The notes: generated by a model not told the origin, from the letters alone. A DNA stretch of 64,000 bases from an uncultured Gammaproteobacteria bacterium (GCA_963764725.1 CAVXTM010000010.1:192001-256000), one strand, 5' to 3'. Shown: positions 25,262 to 36,999, counted from the stretch's first letter. Numbers and translations are program-made.

Positions 25262-25837
25262 CTACTCTTCTTCGTCCAAAAGCGCCAGGGACGCGGCGCG
25301 TTCCTCCCAGCTGCCCTGCATATCGCCGATGATTTCGCGTACTTCGATTTTATCTTCGGCGATATTGATGATTCTGCCGAAGTTTTTCCCCATGTAATTC
25401 CCTACCTTCACGCGATGGACCGTGCCTTCTTGGTCGAGCACGACTCCCCAGAAATCAGCGCTGTTCTGAAGGGTTCCAACCATGCGTAAGCCGTCTAGCT
25501 CGAAGTTTTCGAGCTCCTCGGGGTTATGGGTTTCAATTTCTTCGATGTATTTTCTTTGCGCGTCGGACACGTTCCTTTCAATGTTGGTGCTGCGTTTCGT
25601 CTCAAAGAACGGCTCAAACGGATCGCGCGCGTCGGCCTCCCCAGATTGGTACAGGTAGCGCTCATAGGGCTTGATCTCCGGAAGAGGGTCGATGGTGCCC
25701 CCTTTGCGGCTCAGGACCTCGGCGACGTAAGCTTGCAGATCACTTAGGTCATCGGATCCGCACCCGCTTAGTAGGAAGGCGGTGGCGACAAGCGCCCCGC
25801 GCATGGTGTACTGGAGAAACTGTTTCTGGTGGCTCAT
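25262..25837 (-). CDS. pilP: Type IV pilus lipoprotein PilP
   Basis: Lipobox LSGC, RDPF, LRMVGTL and GNYMGKNFG. Confidence 0.93.
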   Translation of the reverse strand: MSHQKQFLQYTMRGALVATAFLLSGCGSDDLSDLQAYVAEVLSRKGGTIDPLPEIKPYERYLYQSGEADARDPFEPFFETKRSTNIERNVSDAQRKYIEEIETHNPEELENFELDGLRMVGTLQNSADFWGVVLDQEGTVHRVKVGNYMGKNFGRIINIAEDKIEVREIIGDMQGSWEERAASLALLDEEE

Positions 25838-26472
25838 GATTGCGATGGTTTCGTAGCAGTTGGATTCGGAGTTTGTGGCTGCTGTGCGGCCTCCTCTTCT
25901 TCGCCAAGATAACGGTACGTCTTGGCGATCGATTCCATGATCAAACCGCCCTTATCCTTTGCCTTTATCTTGATGTCATGCTGGGTGACGATGCGTGGTA
26001 GATCAGCCACGCCGCTGACAAACTGTCCGAGCTGGTGATAACTGCCGGTCACGCGAACGTTAATCGGTAACTCGACATAAAACTCGGCCGGTTGCTCGGC
26101 CCCGGGCTTAAACAGCTCGAACTCGAGCCCAGCGCCCAGTCCTTGCTGAGAGATGTCGACGAGCAGCGCGGCGACCTCGGTTTTACTAGGGAGGCGCTTT
26201 AGCATATCGCCAAACGACTGCTTGATATCTTGCAGTTGCTCCTTGAGGGCATCGAGATTCACGACCTTGCTCTGCTTGGTCTCGAAATCCTGCTTGAGGG
26301 TTTGCTCCTTGCCTTCCACCTGTTCGAGCAGCAGGCGCTGATCGTTAATGTCAAGGTACCAGCCGAGGCCTAGCAGAACCAGGCACCCGAACCCAATCAC
26401 CGCCGCCTTCGCTGGCGCCGGCCAGTTGCCGATGTTGTTGGGATCGAGATTTCGAAATTCCGACAATTTCAT
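25834..26472 (-). CDS. pilO: Type IV pilus protein PilO
   Basis: IGNWP, LPSKTEV, EFYVELPI and DLPRIVT. Confidence 0.94.
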   Translation of the reverse strand: MKLSEFRNLDPNNIGNWPAPAKAAVIGFGCLVLLGLGWYLDINDQRLLLEQVEGKEQTLKQDFETKQSKVVNLDALKEQLQDIKQSFGDMLKRLPSKTEVAALLVDISQQGLGAGLEFELFKPGAEQPAEFYVELPINVRVTGSYHQLGQFVSGVADLPRIVTQHDIKIKAKDKGGLIMESIAKTYRYLGEEEEAAQQPQTPNPTATKPSQS

Positions 26473-27059
26473 GACTTTGCTCCCTTGGCATCCGCCCCCG
26501 CATAACTGGACTCCGGCTGCGCGCTTATTTGATCGATGATCAGTGTAAAGTTGTTGAGGCGCCGCCCCTTTTCATCCTTGGTTTCGATGATGTTGAGTTG
26601 AGGCTTTTTAACCCACTTGGATGCCTCGACGTTGCGCATGAAGTTCGATACCCGCGCGTTCGATTCCGCAATCCCCTTGATCGTGATCGCGTTGCTCGAC
26701 TGGGTGATTTCCGTCAGCGATATTCCTTCCGGCAGCGTGCTGACCAGCTCATCGAAGATATGTACGATGATGGGGCGGCTCGTTTGCAGGGTCTCAATGG
26801 CCCGCATGCGGTCAATGAGCCGCTGTTTTTCCTTATCCAGATCGCGGATCTCGGCAATGGTCTTGTCAAGTTTCTTGATCTCGCTTTCCAAGTATCCGTT
26901 GCGCGCTGTTTGGTAATCGATGATGTTCTGGTAAACGACATGCACCAGTCCGATGGCCGCGACAGCGCACGCGGCCGCGATTCCAGTGTTGAGCAAGAAT
27001 TGCTGCTTGCGTTCGCGCCGCCGTTCTTCTCGCCAAGGTAAGAGGTTAATACGTGCCAT
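26469..27059 (-). CDS. pilN: Type IV pilus protein PilN
   Basis: MARINLLPWREE and AESNARVSNFMR. Confidence 0.94.
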   Translation of the reverse strand: MARINLLPWREERRRERKQQFLLNTGIAAACAVAAIGLVHVVYQNIIDYQTARNGYLESEIKKLDKTIAEIRDLDKEKQRLIDRMRAIETLQTSRPIIVHIFDELVSTLPEGISLTEITQSSNAITIKGIAESNARVSNFMRNVEASKWVKKPQLNIIETKDEKGRRLNNFTLIIDQISAQPESSYAGADAKGAKS

Positions 27060-28144
27060 TAATCGAAACTCCGTAACGCTAGACCGAAAGAAGTCATCAA
27101 CGCCGGGGCGTCATTGCCGAGAGCTTGCTCCTTGATCCTTGGAGCGAGCGGCATTCCGGTAAAGGGGTTCGCCACGGTGACGGCAGTTCCACACTTCGCG
27201 GCGATGAGGTCTGTGATCCCTGGTATCGAGGCGCAGCCTCCCGCCAATACCACCTGATCGACGGTCCCCACTTGGCTCGACGAATAGAAGAACTGCAACG
27301 CCCGGTTCACCTCTAGCGCCATCGTCTCCTTAAAGGGCTCGAGGACTTCCGCGATGTAATTCTCCGGTAATCCACCTTGGCGCTTCGCGTGGCCGGCCTC
27401 GTCATAGGACAGGCCGTAGCGGCGCTGAATTTCTTCCGTGAGCTGCTTCCCTCCAAACAACTGTTCCCGCGTATAAATGATCTTGAGATCCCGCAACACA
27501 CTCAGAGTCGTCGTGGTTGCCCCGATGTCAACCACCGCAACTGTATCTCCTTGTTCTAACCCCGCGCCGCCCTTGCGAAGCACATGGCCCACGGCGTTCT
27601 CGAGCGCGAACGCCTCGACATCGACAACTTTTGCGGCCAGGCCGCCCATCGCCAGCGCCGCGACGCGTACCTCCACGTTGTCGCTCCTCGATGCGGCGAG
27701 CAAGACATCGACTTTGTCCGGTTCGGTTTCCGAGGGACCCAGTACCTCGAAATCAAGACTGACCTCTTCGAGCGGATAGGGAATGTATTGATCGGCTTCC
27801 ACCCGGATCTGGTTTTCCATGTCATCTTCGGTCAGTTGAGAGGGCATGGAAATGATCTTGGTGATCACGGCGGTTCCGGAGACCGCACAGGCCGCCGCTT
27901 TGGTCCGCGTTCCGGACTTTTTCACCGCGCGCCCGATCGCCTCGCCGACAAGTTGAACATCCGCTGTATTCCGTTCGGAGACCGAATTAGACTGCAACGG
28001 TTCGACGGCGTAGCTTTCAACCCGGTAATAGCCTTTGCTACCCCCGATTTCCAGCAGCTTCACCGAGGTGGAACTGATATCGATACCGAGCAGCAGCGTA
28101 TTTTTGCGACCAAGAATAGTCATTTTTTTCCTTACATCGATCAA
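27059..28144 (-). CDS. pilM: Type IV pilus protein PilM
   Basis: GIDISSTSVK, DIGA and GLALRSFD. Confidence 0.95.
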   Translation of the reverse strand: MIDVRKKMTILGRKNTLLLGIDISSTSVKLLEIGGSKGYYRVESYAVEPLQSNSVSERNTADVQLVGEAIGRAVKKSGTRTKAAACAVSGTAVITKIISMPSQLTEDDMENQIRVEADQYIPYPLEEVSLDFEVLGPSETEPDKVDVLLAASRSDNVEVRVAALAMGGLAAKVVDVEAFALENAVGHVLRKGGAGLEQGDTVAVVDIGATTTTLSVLRDLKIIYTREQLFGGKQLTEEIQRRYGLSYDEAGHAKRQGGLPENYIAEVLEPFKETMALEVNRALQFFYSSSQVGTVDQVVLAGGCASIPGITDLIAAKCGTAVTVANPFTGMPLAPRIKEQALGNDAPALMTSFGLALRSFD

Positions 28145-28297
28145 TGGTTAGCGGTTGTAAAACGGAACTATTTCATTAAACTTTAGCCCCTCGGTTAGAG
28201 GTGACATGGGTTCCTTAACGAGTCGATCCGACGCGGGAAACGCTTAAGCGCCACTTTTTCTTTCATAATATACCAGTCCAAATTAGTTTGTTTCTCT

Positions 28298-30664
28298 ATG
28301 TTGCGAAATATCTTAAATATTTTCATTGTAACCTTGCTGTTTTCAGTGCTCGCGCTGGGTGCATTACTTACCTACCTGATACCGCGCCTGCCATCGATAG
28401 AGACTTTGAAAGACATCCACTTACAGGTACCACTCAAGGTCTACTCACGTGATCTATCATTACTGGCCGAGTTTGGCGAAACCCGGCGCGCACCCATGCA
28501 ACTCAAGGACTTACCCCAGACACTGATCAACGCCGTGCTGGCCGCCGAAGACGATCGTTTTTTCCGGCATCCGGGAGTCGATTGGCGAGGTATCCTGCGG
28601 GCCGCGATCCAGTTGCTCTTAACGGGAGAGAAGATCCAAGGCGGTAGCACCATTACCATGCAGGTCGCACGTAACTTCTTTTTGACACCTGAAAAGACAT
28701 ATTTACGTAAAATAAATGAGATACTGCTTGCATTGAAGATAGAACGCGGGCTTACAAAAAAAGAGATCCTAGAGCTATACCTGAACAAGATTTATTTCGG
28801 TCATCGGGCTTATGGCGTAGCCGCCGCCGCTCATGTTTACTACGGCATGGATGTGCAAAACTTGGGCCTACCCGAACTTGCGATGATCGCGGGTCTGCCG
28901 AAGGCGCCGTCGAAGCTCAACCCGATTACCGATTCGGAACGCGCCGTTGAGCGGCGTAATTTTGTCTTAAGGCGTATGCGGCATCTGGAGATGATCTCAA
29001 AGCTGGACTATCGCGCCGCGAAGCTCACCAAGGATTCCGCGAGCTTGCATGGACAAGCGGTCGAGATAAATGCCTCCCATCTAGCGGAGATGGTGCGCGT
29101 CTACATGGTGGAGCACTTCGGTAAGCAGGTTTACAACGCCGGCTACCGGGTGGTGACGACGATAAGCGATCGGCTACAGGCCGCGTCTACCCGGGCGCTT
29201 CGGCGCGGTTTGCTGCGTTATGATCAGCGGCACGGTTATCGTGGCCCCGAGCAGCGGCACCCTTCGTCGAATTCCGTGACCGAGGCTGAATGGACCCGGA
29301 TTTTACAAGGATATTCGAGTATCGGGGACTTACGTGCGGCGTTAGTCATCGCCGCGACCGATACATCGATCACGGCGTTTACCTTGGACGCAGGGCTCAT
29401 CACGGTCGATTGGGACGGGCTCGCCTGGGCGAGTAACCGCGCGGGCGCACGGGTGGCGAAACGAGCCCGCGATCTTCTCTCGCCAGGAGATGTGGTGCGG
29501 GTCGAAGCGATCGAGAAGGGCGGGTTTAGATTGGCTCAGGTGCCTGCGGTTGAAGGCGCTTTCGTGGCGCTCGACCCGCGTGACGGCGCAATCTTGGCGC
29601 TTTCGGGCGGATTTGATTTTTCTCAGAGCAAGTTTAACCGGGTGACACAAGCGCGGCGTTTGGCAGGGTCCGGATTTAAACCGTTTATCTACTCGGCGGC
29701 GCTGGCATCCGGATATACGGCGGCAAGCATCGTCAACGATACCCCGTTTGTGTTCTATGACCCGGCGCTCGACCGTGTTTGGCGTCCGGAGAATTACACC
29801 CACAACTACATGGGCCCCATGCGTTTGCGCGAAGCACTAGCGCTATCGCGTAATCTCGTGTCGGTCCACTTGCTGCAAGCGATCGGTGTCAACAAGGCCG
29901 TTAATCATATAAAAAGATTCGGTTTTGACAAGCACTACCTGCCGCGTAACCTCTCCTTGGCCTTAGGTACGGCGGAGGTCACTCCGCTCGAGCTTGCGAG
30001 AGGATACGTCGCCTTCGCGAACGGCGGATTTCGCGTCGATCCATACTTCATCGAGCGTATCGAGAACGACCGGGGCGAGATCATTATGAGCCGCGGATCG
30101 GTGATCCTATGTGAATCATGCGACCAGCAAGCTCCGGTAGTGAGCGCACTAACGGGAACCGCCGAGCGGGGTGTTCGCGTCATCAACGCGCAGAATGCCT
30201 GGATTATGACCTCAATGATGCAGGAAGTAATGCGGACCGGGACGGCGAAAGCGGCCTTGGCCTTGAATAGAACCGACATCGCGGGGAAGACCGGAACCAC
30301 CAATGACCATAAGGACACGTGGTTCTCCGGGTTTAACCAGCAGATCGTTGCGACGGCTTGGGTAGGATTCGATCAGGCCAGATCGCTCGGTCCGAAGGAA
30401 ACCGGTGCGCGGGTCGCGCTGCCGATCTGGATGGAGTTTATGCAGACGGCGCTGGCGGGAACGCCCGATTCCATAGCGCCCGAACCCCCGGGCTTGGTCA
30501 CCGTGCGCATCGATCGCGACACCGGTTTACTGACGAACGCCGGCAATCCACGGGCAATGTTTGAAGTCTTCCGCTTGGAGAATACTCCAAGCGAGCCCGG
30601 CGACGGCCCTGCTTGGGACCGCGGTGCCCCCGATACGGCGGCGCTACCCGAGCAACTGTTCTAG
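28298..30664 (+). CDS. mrcA: Penicillin-binding protein 1A
   Basis: AEDDRF, GGSTITMQVARN, SGFK (SxxK), SRN and KTG. It is divergent from pilM. Confidence 0.95.
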   Translation: MLRNILNIFIVTLLFSVLALGALLTYLIPRLPSIETLKDIHLQVPLKVYSRDLSLLAEFGETRRAPMQLKDLPQTLINAVLAAEDDRFFRHPGVDWRGILRAAIQLLLTGEKIQGGSTITMQVARNFFLTPEKTYLRKINEILLALKIERGLTKKEILELYLNKIYFGHRAYGVAAAAHVYYGMDVQNLGLPELAMIAGLPKAPSKLNPITDSERAVERRNFVLRRMRHLEMISKLDYRAAKLTKDSASLHGQAVEINASHLAEMVRVYMVEHFGKQVYNAGYRVVTTISDRLQAASTRALRRGLLRYDQRHGYRGPEQRHPSSNSVTEAEWTRILQGYSSIGDLRAALVIAATDTSITAFTLDAGLITVDWDGLAWASNRAGARVAKRARDLLSPGDVVRVEAIEKGGFRLAQVPAVEGAFVALDPRDGAILALSGGFDFSQSKFNRVTQARRLAGSGFKPFIYSAALASGYTAASIVNDTPFVFYDPALDRVWRPENYTHNYMGPMRLREALALSRNLVSVHLLQAIGVNKAVNHIKRFGFDKHYLPRNLSLALGTAEVTPLELARGYVAFANGGFRVDPYFIERIENDRGEIIMSRGSVILCESCDQQAPVVSALTGTAERGVRVINAQNAWIMTSMMQEVMRTGTAKAALALNRTDIAGKTGTTNDHKDTWFSGFNQQIVATAWVGFDQARSLGPKETGARVALPIWMEFMQTALAGTPDSIAPEPPGLVTVRIDRDTGLLTNAGNPRAMFEVFRLENTPSEPGDGPAWDRGAPDTAALPEQLF

Positions 30665-30667
30665 TTT

Positions 30668-31288
30668 ATGGCAAGCGGCGCGAACGGTTCACAGAACCGC
30701 AGGCGTGTCGCCGAACTGGCCGCCCGCATCATGGCAGATGAAGGCGTCGAGCATTACCATCTGGCCAAGCGCAAGGCGGCCGATCGGCTGGGTATCAAGG
30801 CAACTCGCGAGGTCCCCGATAACAGCGAGATCGCCGCTCTCCTGAGCGCCTATCAGCGGCTGTTTCAGGCGCAGAGGCAGCCCCGATGGTTGCGCGCGCA
30901 ACGGGAAACGGCACTGGAAGCCATGCGCCTGCTGCGTCGATTCGACCCCATGTTGGCCGGTCCCGTGCTGGATGGATCCGCGGCACGCCAGGCCATCGTG
31001 TGCTTGCACGTCTTTGCCGAAACGCCGGAAGAGGTGAGTTATGTTCTCCTGGAGCATGCGATTCCGTTTACGGTTCATGAACGAACGGTGCGCCAGAATT
31101 CTCGCGAGCGTACAGGATACCCGTGCTTCCGCTTCATGGCAGGCGAAGTCGGTATCGAGTTAGTGGTGTTTCCGCCCATTCTCAAACGCCAGGCGCCATT
31201 GAGTCCGATGGACGGTAAGCCCATGGCGCGCGCCGATTTCGCCTTCGTCGAAGCCCTCGTGCGTCCACCTCGTCAGCGAGGACACTAA
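30668..31288 (+). CDS. Conserved hypothetical protein
   Basis: AARIMA...AKRKAA...LHVFAE pattern, located downstream of mrcA. Confidence 0.75.
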   Translation: MASGANGSQNRRRVAELAARIMADEGVEHYHLAKRKAADRLGIKATREVPDNSEIAALLSAYQRLFQAQRQPRWLRAQRETALEAMRLLRRFDPMLAGPVLDGSAARQAIVCLHVFAETPEEVSYVLLEHAIPFTVHERTVRQNSRERTGYPCFRFMAGEVGIELVVFPPILKRQAPLSPMDGKPMARADFAFVEALVRPPRQRGH

Positions 31289-31300
31289 CCTTAATCTTCG

Positions 31301-33502
31301 GTGCCGGGCCAGATCTTAAGAATCGCCGTTCCCGTGCCGGTCGATCAGGTTTTCGACTACCTACCGCCCTCCGGGGTAGATCTTGCGGCGTTGCAGCCGG
31401 GAATGAGACTGCGGGTACCCTTCGGCCGCAGGTCCGCGGTCGGTATGCTGTTGGCCCTTACGGCCGAAAGTGTCCTTAAAAATCTCCGGCGCGCCACCGC
31501 ATTGCTCGACTCTGCTCCGGTGCTGACCGTGCGGCATTTACGTTTGCTCGAATGGGCGAGCCGCTATTATCGCCATCCGATTGGAGAGGTGATTTTCGCT
31601 TCCTTACCTCTGCTGTTGCGGCAGGATCGTCCGCGCAGGCCAAAGACTCTCGATCTCCGCTGGCGGCTCACGCCTGAAGGCGCCGCGATTGACCCAGATT
31701 GTTTACGCCGGAGCCCGGCCCAAGCCACCCTGATGCAAACTTTACGGCGGCAACCCGAGCGGAAATTGCAGCCTGGCTCGCTCGCGAGCGCAGCTTCCTG
31801 GCGCCGTGCCTTACGCACCTTGGTAGCCAAAGGTTGGGTAGCGCAGGAACCCGCGTCGCTCGCAACGGTCCTTCCCGCGGCCGCGGCCAGACCACCTACG
31901 CTGAACGATGCGCAGGCGTCTGCCGTCGAGCAACTGTGCGCAGGATTGAACCGTTTCGGCGTGTTTCTCTTGGACGGTCTGACCGGTAGCGGGAAGACGG
32001 AAGTTTATTTGCGCGTGATCGAGGAGGTGCTTCGCCGTGGCAGTCAGGCCCTGGTCCTAGTACCGGAAATCGGATTGACCGAACAAACCCTGTTGCGGTT
32101 TCGCGATCGTTTCGCGGCGCCACTCGCAGTCTTGCACTCAGGACGGCCGAGCGGCGCCCGGCTCGACGAGTGGTGGCAAGCCCGCGAGGGCGGGGCGCCG
32201 ATCGTGATCGGAACCCGTTCGGCGGTATGGGCGCCGTTGGCGAAGCCGGGCGTCATCATCGTCGACGAGGAACATGACCTGTCTTTCAAGCAGCAGGAGG
32301 GATTCCGCTATTCCGCCCGGGATATCGCGGTCATTCGCGGCCAACGCGAAAACATTCCCGTGATCCTCGGGAGCGCCACTCCATCGTTGGAATCGCTGTT
32401 CAATGTCCACCGTGGCAAGTACCGGCACCTCCGACTCCGGACGCGGGCAGGGACGGCAACGCCTCCCACGTACGAGGTGGTGGATTTACGCGCTGCGCAA
32501 CTGCGTGAGGGGTTCTCCGCGCCGCTGCTCACAAGGATGCGCGAGCATCTGGATCGCCGCCAGCAGGTGCTCCTGTTCGTCAATCGGCGCGGCTACGCTC
32601 CTCTCATCCTCTGCCACCAGTGCGGATGGACGGCGTGGTGCGAGCGCTGTGATGCGCGCTTGATTTACCACCAGACAGCCAACCGGCTTGAATGCCACTT
32701 TTGCGGGGCGCTAAGTGAACTGAATGCGGCTTGCACGCGCTGCGGCAGCGGCAACCTGCTGAAACTCGGTTACGGGACCGAACGGGTGGTGGAAGCCGTC
32801 AACCGGACGTTTCCCAATGCGCGGGTGCTGCGGATCGATCGCGATATTACCCGCCGGCAAACGGCGTGGCAGACCGCACTGCGCCAGATCCGGGACGGTC
32901 AGGCCGACGTGCTAGTGGGTACACAGTTGCTGTCGAAAGGCCATCATTTCCCGGGCGTGACTCTGGTCGCGGTTGTGGATGGCGATAGCCGCCTCTTCGG
33001 GGTAGATTTCCGTTCGCACGAACGCTTTGCTCAACAGCTCGTTCAAGTCGCCGGGCGGGCCGGCCGCGCCGATGAACCGGGCACCGTCGTGATCCAGACC
33101 CACCACCCGGCGCACCCCCTGTTGCAAGTGCTCGTGAACCAAGGTTACGGCGCGTTCGCTGCCTTGGCGCTCAAGGAACGGGCAGAGGCGCGGCTGCCGC
33201 CGTGTCAGGCCATGGCGCTCATCCGCGCCGAGTCGGAAAGGCCGGAAAAAGCACGAGCCTTCTTAAATGAAGCGCGAGAAATGGCGCTTGATCTCATCGC
33301 GAACGAGGCCGAGCTGCTCGGACCGGTCCCGGCGCCCATGGAACGACTCGCGGGCCGCTACCGCTGGCAATTGGTCTTGCAAACCCGCCATCGCGCCCGT
33401 TTGCAACGCTTGCTCGATGAGTGGCTCCCCGCTATTCGTAGATTGCGTAGCGGGCGCGCGCTACGCTGGTCGATCGACGTCGATCCCCAGGAAACGCTTT
33501 AA
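31301..33502 (+). CDS. priA: Primosomal protein N'
   Basis: GLTGSGKTEVY, DEEHD, SATP, a Cys cluster and QVAGRAGR. Confidence 0.96.
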   Translation: MPGQILRIAVPVPVDQVFDYLPPSGVDLAALQPGMRLRVPFGRRSAVGMLLALTAESVLKNLRRATALLDSAPVLTVRHLRLLEWASRYYRHPIGEVIFASLPLLLRQDRPRRPKTLDLRWRLTPEGAAIDPDCLRRSPAQATLMQTLRRQPERKLQPGSLASAASWRRALRTLVAKGWVAQEPASLATVLPAAAARPPTLNDAQASAVEQLCAGLNRFGVFLLDGLTGSGKTEVYLRVIEEVLRRGSQALVLVPEIGLTEQTLLRFRDRFAAPLAVLHSGRPSGARLDEWWQAREGGAPIVIGTRSAVWAPLAKPGVIIVDEEHDLSFKQQEGFRYSARDIAVIRGQRENIPVILGSATPSLESLFNVHRGKYRHLRLRTRAGTATPPTYEVVDLRAAQLREGFSAPLLTRMREHLDRRQQVLLFVNRRGYAPLILCHQCGWTAWCERCDARLIYHQTANRLECHFCGALSELNAACTRCGSGNLLKLGYGTERVVEAVNRTFPNARVLRIDRDITRRQTAWQTALRQIRDGQADVLVGTQLLSKGHHFPGVTLVAVVDGDSRLFGVDFRSHERFAQQLVQVAGRAGRADEPGTVVIQTHHPAHPLLQVLVNQGYGAFAALALKERAEARLPPCQAMALIRAESERPEKARAFLNEAREMALDLIANEAELLGPVPAPMERLAGRYRWQLVLQTRHRARLQRLLDEWLPAIRRLRSGRALRWSIDVDPQETL

Positions 33503-33643
33503 ATCTATTCGCGCGAGGTGCAGCTCTCCCCTTTGGTAGCCGCACGGGTTGCATACCCCGTGGTGGCGAAATCTAAATTGACTCGCGGACGTTCCAATGG
33601 CATGGGAGGCAAGCTAGAATCCACACTTTTCGCGGGAGTATTT

Positions 33644-35389
33644 TTGAAGAACCTCATCAGAGAGCAGGTGGCCGTGGCGCTCAAGCAATTGGATCTGGGC
33701 GATGCCGACGGCCATTTGGGAAAGCGCGGGGTGCGCTTTGAACGCACCCGCGATACCCGGCATGGAGACTTCAGCGCCAATGTGGCGCTCGTAATTGCTA
33801 AGGACCTCGGTGTGACGCCGCGTGCCCTGGCAGAACGGATCGTATCGGCCCTGCCTGGATCTCCCAGCATCGATCGCGTCGAGGTGGCTGGCGCGGGCTT
33901 CCTCAATTTCTATATCCGGCCCCACTATTGGCTGGGGATTATTCAACAAGTACTCGCGGAGGGCGATGCCTTCGGGCGTAACAGCATGGGCGCCGGCGCG
34001 AAGATCCAAGTCGAGTTCGTTTCCGCCAATCCGACCGGCCCGCTGCACATCGGACATGGCCGGGGCGCTGCCTATGGCGCGGCGATCGCCAATCTGCTCG
34101 AGGCTAACGGTTATGCCCTGCAGAGGGAATATTATGTCAACGATTCCGGCCGGCAGATGGACATCTTGGCGCTCAGCGTGTGGCTACGGTATCTTGAGCT
34201 TTGTGGGGAAGCGGTGGATTTTCCGGCCGGCGCGTACCAGGGCACCTATGTTATCGAGATCGCCCGCGCACTTTGGCGTGAGGTCCAGGCTGGTTGCCAA
34301 TACCCGATTAGCGCCGTTTACGATGGACTGGCGGGGCTAGACGGCGATCCTTTGCTCGATGCTCTCATCGCGCGCGTCAATTCGCTCTTGGGCCCGGCCA
34401 GGTATCGCCGGGTGTTCGATAGTGGATTGAATAGCGTGCTCGCCGGCATTCGCGCCGATCTCACCGAGTTCGGCATACGTTACGACCGATGGTTCTCCGA
34501 GCGCTCGCTAGCGGAGACCCAGGCCGTCGAGCGGGTGATTGCCAAGCTCCAGTCGCTGGGACGAACCTACACCAAGGACGGTGCGCTTTGGTTCAATGCG
34601 GCGGCCTTCGGAGATGAGAAAGACCGTGTCCTGGTGCGCGAGAATGGCCAGACAACCTATTTTGCCTCCGATGTGGCATACCACACAAACAAATTCGAAC
34701 GCGGATTCGATCGCGTTATCAACATTTGGGGCGCCGATCATCACGGTTACGTGCCGCGGGTGAAGGCCGCCCTCGCGGCGCTTGGGGATGATTCGGATCG
34801 CTTGGAGGTCTTACTCGTGCAATTCGCGACGCTCTATCGGGGTAAAGAACGCGTGCAGATGTCAACGCGCTCGGGCGAGTTCGTCACGCTCCGGGAGCTT
34901 GTCGATGAGGTCGGTCGGGACGCGGCGCGGTTCTTTTACGTGACGCGGCGTTGCGAGCAGCATCTTGAGTTCGATCTCGATCTCGCCAAGTCACAGTCAG
35001 CCGATAACCCCGTGTATTATATCCAGTACGCGCACGCACGCATTGCGAGCGTCTTCCGGCAACTGGCCGAACAAGGATGGTCGTGGGACCGGAAGCGTGG
35101 CGAGAACGCGGTAGTGGTCTTGACCGAAGCGCACGAGCAGGGTTTGATCGGTGCCATATCACGTTATCCGGAGATCATTGAAGCGGCGGCGCGGGAGCGT
35201 GAACCGCATCAACTGGCTCAGTACCTGCGGGAGCTGGCGAACGCGTTCCACGGCTATTACAGCGCGCACATGTTCCTGGTCGAGGACGAGTCACTACGTA
35301 ATGCCCGCTTAAACCTCATCGCCGCAACCCAGCAGGTCATCCGTAACGGTCTTGCGATCCTCGGGGTGTCGGCTCCGGAGTCGATGTGA
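33644..35389 (+). CDS. argS: Arginine--tRNA ligase
   Basis: [28 protein letters not shown] and YIQYAHAR. Probable TTG start after GGGAG. Confidence 0.96.
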   Translation: MKNLIREQVAVALKQLDLGDADGHLGKRGVRFERTRDTRHGDFSANVALVIAKDLGVTPRALAERIVSALPGSPSIDRVEVAGAGFLNFYIRPHYWLGIIQQVLAEGDAFGRNSMGAGAKIQVEFVSANPTGPLHIGHGRGAAYGAAIANLLEANGYALQREYYVNDSGRQMDILALSVWLRYLELCGEAVDFPAGAYQGTYVIEIARALWREVQAGCQYPISAVYDGLAGLDGDPLLDALIARVNSLLGPARYRRVFDSGLNSVLAGIRADLTEFGIRYDRWFSERSLAETQAVERVIAKLQSLGRTYTKDGALWFNAAAFGDEKDRVLVRENGQTTYFASDVAYHTNKFERGFDRVINIWGADHHGYVPRVKAALAALGDDSDRLEVLLVQFATLYRGKERVQMSTRSGEFVTLRELVDEVGRDAARFFYVTRRCEQHLEFDLDLAKSQSADNPVYYIQYAHARIASVFRQLAEQGWSWDRKRGENAVVVLTEAHEQGLIGAISRYPEIIEAAAREREPHQLAQYLRELANAFHGYYSAHMFLVEDESLRNARLNLIAATQQVIRNGLAILGVSAPESM

Positions 35390-35952
35390 TGTCGCGTCAG
35401 CCTGGCAGATCCAGTAGTAACAGAGGCCGGCAACGGGGCTGGCTTTCATTTCTCACCGGCTTGGCCATGGGGCTGTTCGTGGCGTTTCTCGTGTATCTGC
35501 AATCCCTCACGAACGTTAAGGACGCGCGGCCGGACTTTAAACCAGGCGCCGAATCCACGCCGCAAAATCCGGTAATCAAACCAAAATTCGATTTCTACAC
35601 GATTCTTCCGGAAATGGAGGTCAAGGTTCCGGACTGGGAAGTGGACGCCCCGCCAGTGCCCGCGCCGCAATCCAAACCGGCGCAAGCGCCGTCCGATGGG
35701 CCCTATTTGATCCAAGTAGGTTCGTTCCAGCGATTTCAGGAGGCCGACAAGATGAAAGCCAGGCTGGCACTGATCGGGATCGCCGCCGACATCCAGCGGG
35801 TGACGATCAGCGGTACGGATGTGTGGTTCCGGGTGCGGGTCGGCCCGTTCAAAGACCTCAAGAAACTTCAGGGCACCCGCTCTCGCTTAGCCGAGAACAA
35901 CATCAATTTCATGCTAGTGCGCATGCGTCCGGGCGAATCCGCGGACGGATAA
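35386..35952 (+). CDS. SPOR-domain cell division protein (FtsN-like)
   Basis: TM segment, [10 protein letters not shown] and IQVGSF...WFRVRVGPF. It follows argS. Confidence 0.88.
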   Translation: MMSRQPGRSSSNRGRQRGWLSFLTGLAMGLFVAFLVYLQSLTNVKDARPDFKPGAESTPQNPVIKPKFDFYTILPEMEVKVPDWEVDAPPVPAPQSKPAQAPSDGPYLIQVGSFQRFQEADKMKARLALIGIAADIQRVTISGTDVWFRVRVGPFKDLKKLQGTRSRLAENNINFMLVRMRPGESADG

Positions 35953-35971
35953 CGCGCGGCTGGTCCGGATA

Positions 35972-36079
35972 GGGTCTGCTCCTGAAATATAAAAAACTGA
36001 AAAACTGAAATATTCAAGACCAGACCCGTCTGCGGTGCGTTGCGAAATATTAGAAACTGATATTTCAAGACCAGAACCC
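35972..36079. repeat. REP-like inverted/direct repeat cluster
   Basis: GGGTCTGCTCCTGAA (35972) pairs with TTCAAGACCAGACCC (36013-36027) with 2 mismatches. A second TTCAAGACCAGA lies near 36064. Confidence 0.55.
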
Positions 36080-36132
36080 GGCAGCGCGTCAGCGCTGAAA
36101 GAGGTGTGTCAGGCGGAACGGGAGGATCAGGA

Positions 36133-36999
36133 ATGCAATATGCCTTGGTGAACGGTAACCGCGAGGCTGCCAAGCCAAAGCTTGCCGGACTGTGTCTCAT
36201 ATGTGGAAATAAGATGATTGCCAAATGTGGCTCGAAAGTCATTTGGCATTGGGCGCATGAAACGCGAAAACATTGCGACCCGTGGTGGGAAAATGAGACG
36301 GACTGGCATAGGACCTGGAAGGCGTGCTTTCCCGAGCCATGGCGCGAGCAGGTTCATCATGACTCATCGGGCGAAAAGCATATTGCCGACGTCGAGACAC
36401 CAAACGGCACAGTAATCGAGTTTCAGAACTCACCGATACCTCCAGACGAGCTTCAAAGCCGCGAGAATTTTTACGGTCGTATTATATGGATAGTTAACGG
36501 CAGCGGATTTCTCCAGAACTTTCATGTTCTTGGGCGGTTGCCAAAACCCGATGCCGAGTGTGTAAAGGAGATTGTCTTCGTTCGTCAACGGCGCGATTGG
36601 TATGGACGAGCATTCTGGCGAAAGTCTGAAAACCCTCACGCGAAGCCAGAAGAACCGAACATGGTTAAAGTGCATAGTACCGATAAGATCCAAGCGGAGA
36701 TTGACAAGGACTACATCGGCCATCATCTCTACGACTGGCTGAAGCCGCGCGCTGTGTGGCTAGAAGCCAAGGCGCTTATCTATATCGATTTTGGTGGTGA
36801 CCTCTTGTGGCTACTTAGTCGCTACGATGATCGCGGCTTGCATTGCGTACAAGCTGTCCGCAAGACGTCGGTCATTCAACAGCACGGCGGAAGTTATATA
36901 AATGTTGGGAAGACAGCATCTCTGCCTGGTCGCGTTGCGAGGTTGGGTGCTCCAATCGATAACCATGATTGCGACGTGCTACTGAATCTTATTCCATAG
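36133..36999 (+). CDS. CoiA-like nuclease-domain protein
   Basis: CLIC...AKCG...WHWAH...CDPWWENETDWH, HIADV and VIEFQNSPI. Confidence 0.8.
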   Translation: MQYALVNGNREAAKPKLAGLCLICGNKMIAKCGSKVIWHWAHETRKHCDPWWENETDWHRTWKACFPEPWREQVHHDSSGEKHIADVETPNGTVIEFQNSPIPPDELQSRENFYGRIIWIVNGSGFLQNFHVLGRLPKPDAECVKEIVFVRQRRDWYGRAFWRKSENPHAKPEEPNMVKVHSTDKIQAEIDKDYIGHHLYDWLKPRAVWLEAKALIYIDFGGDLLWLLSRYDDRGLHCVQAVRKTSVIQQHGGSYINVGKTASLPGRVARLGAPIDNHDCDVLLNLIP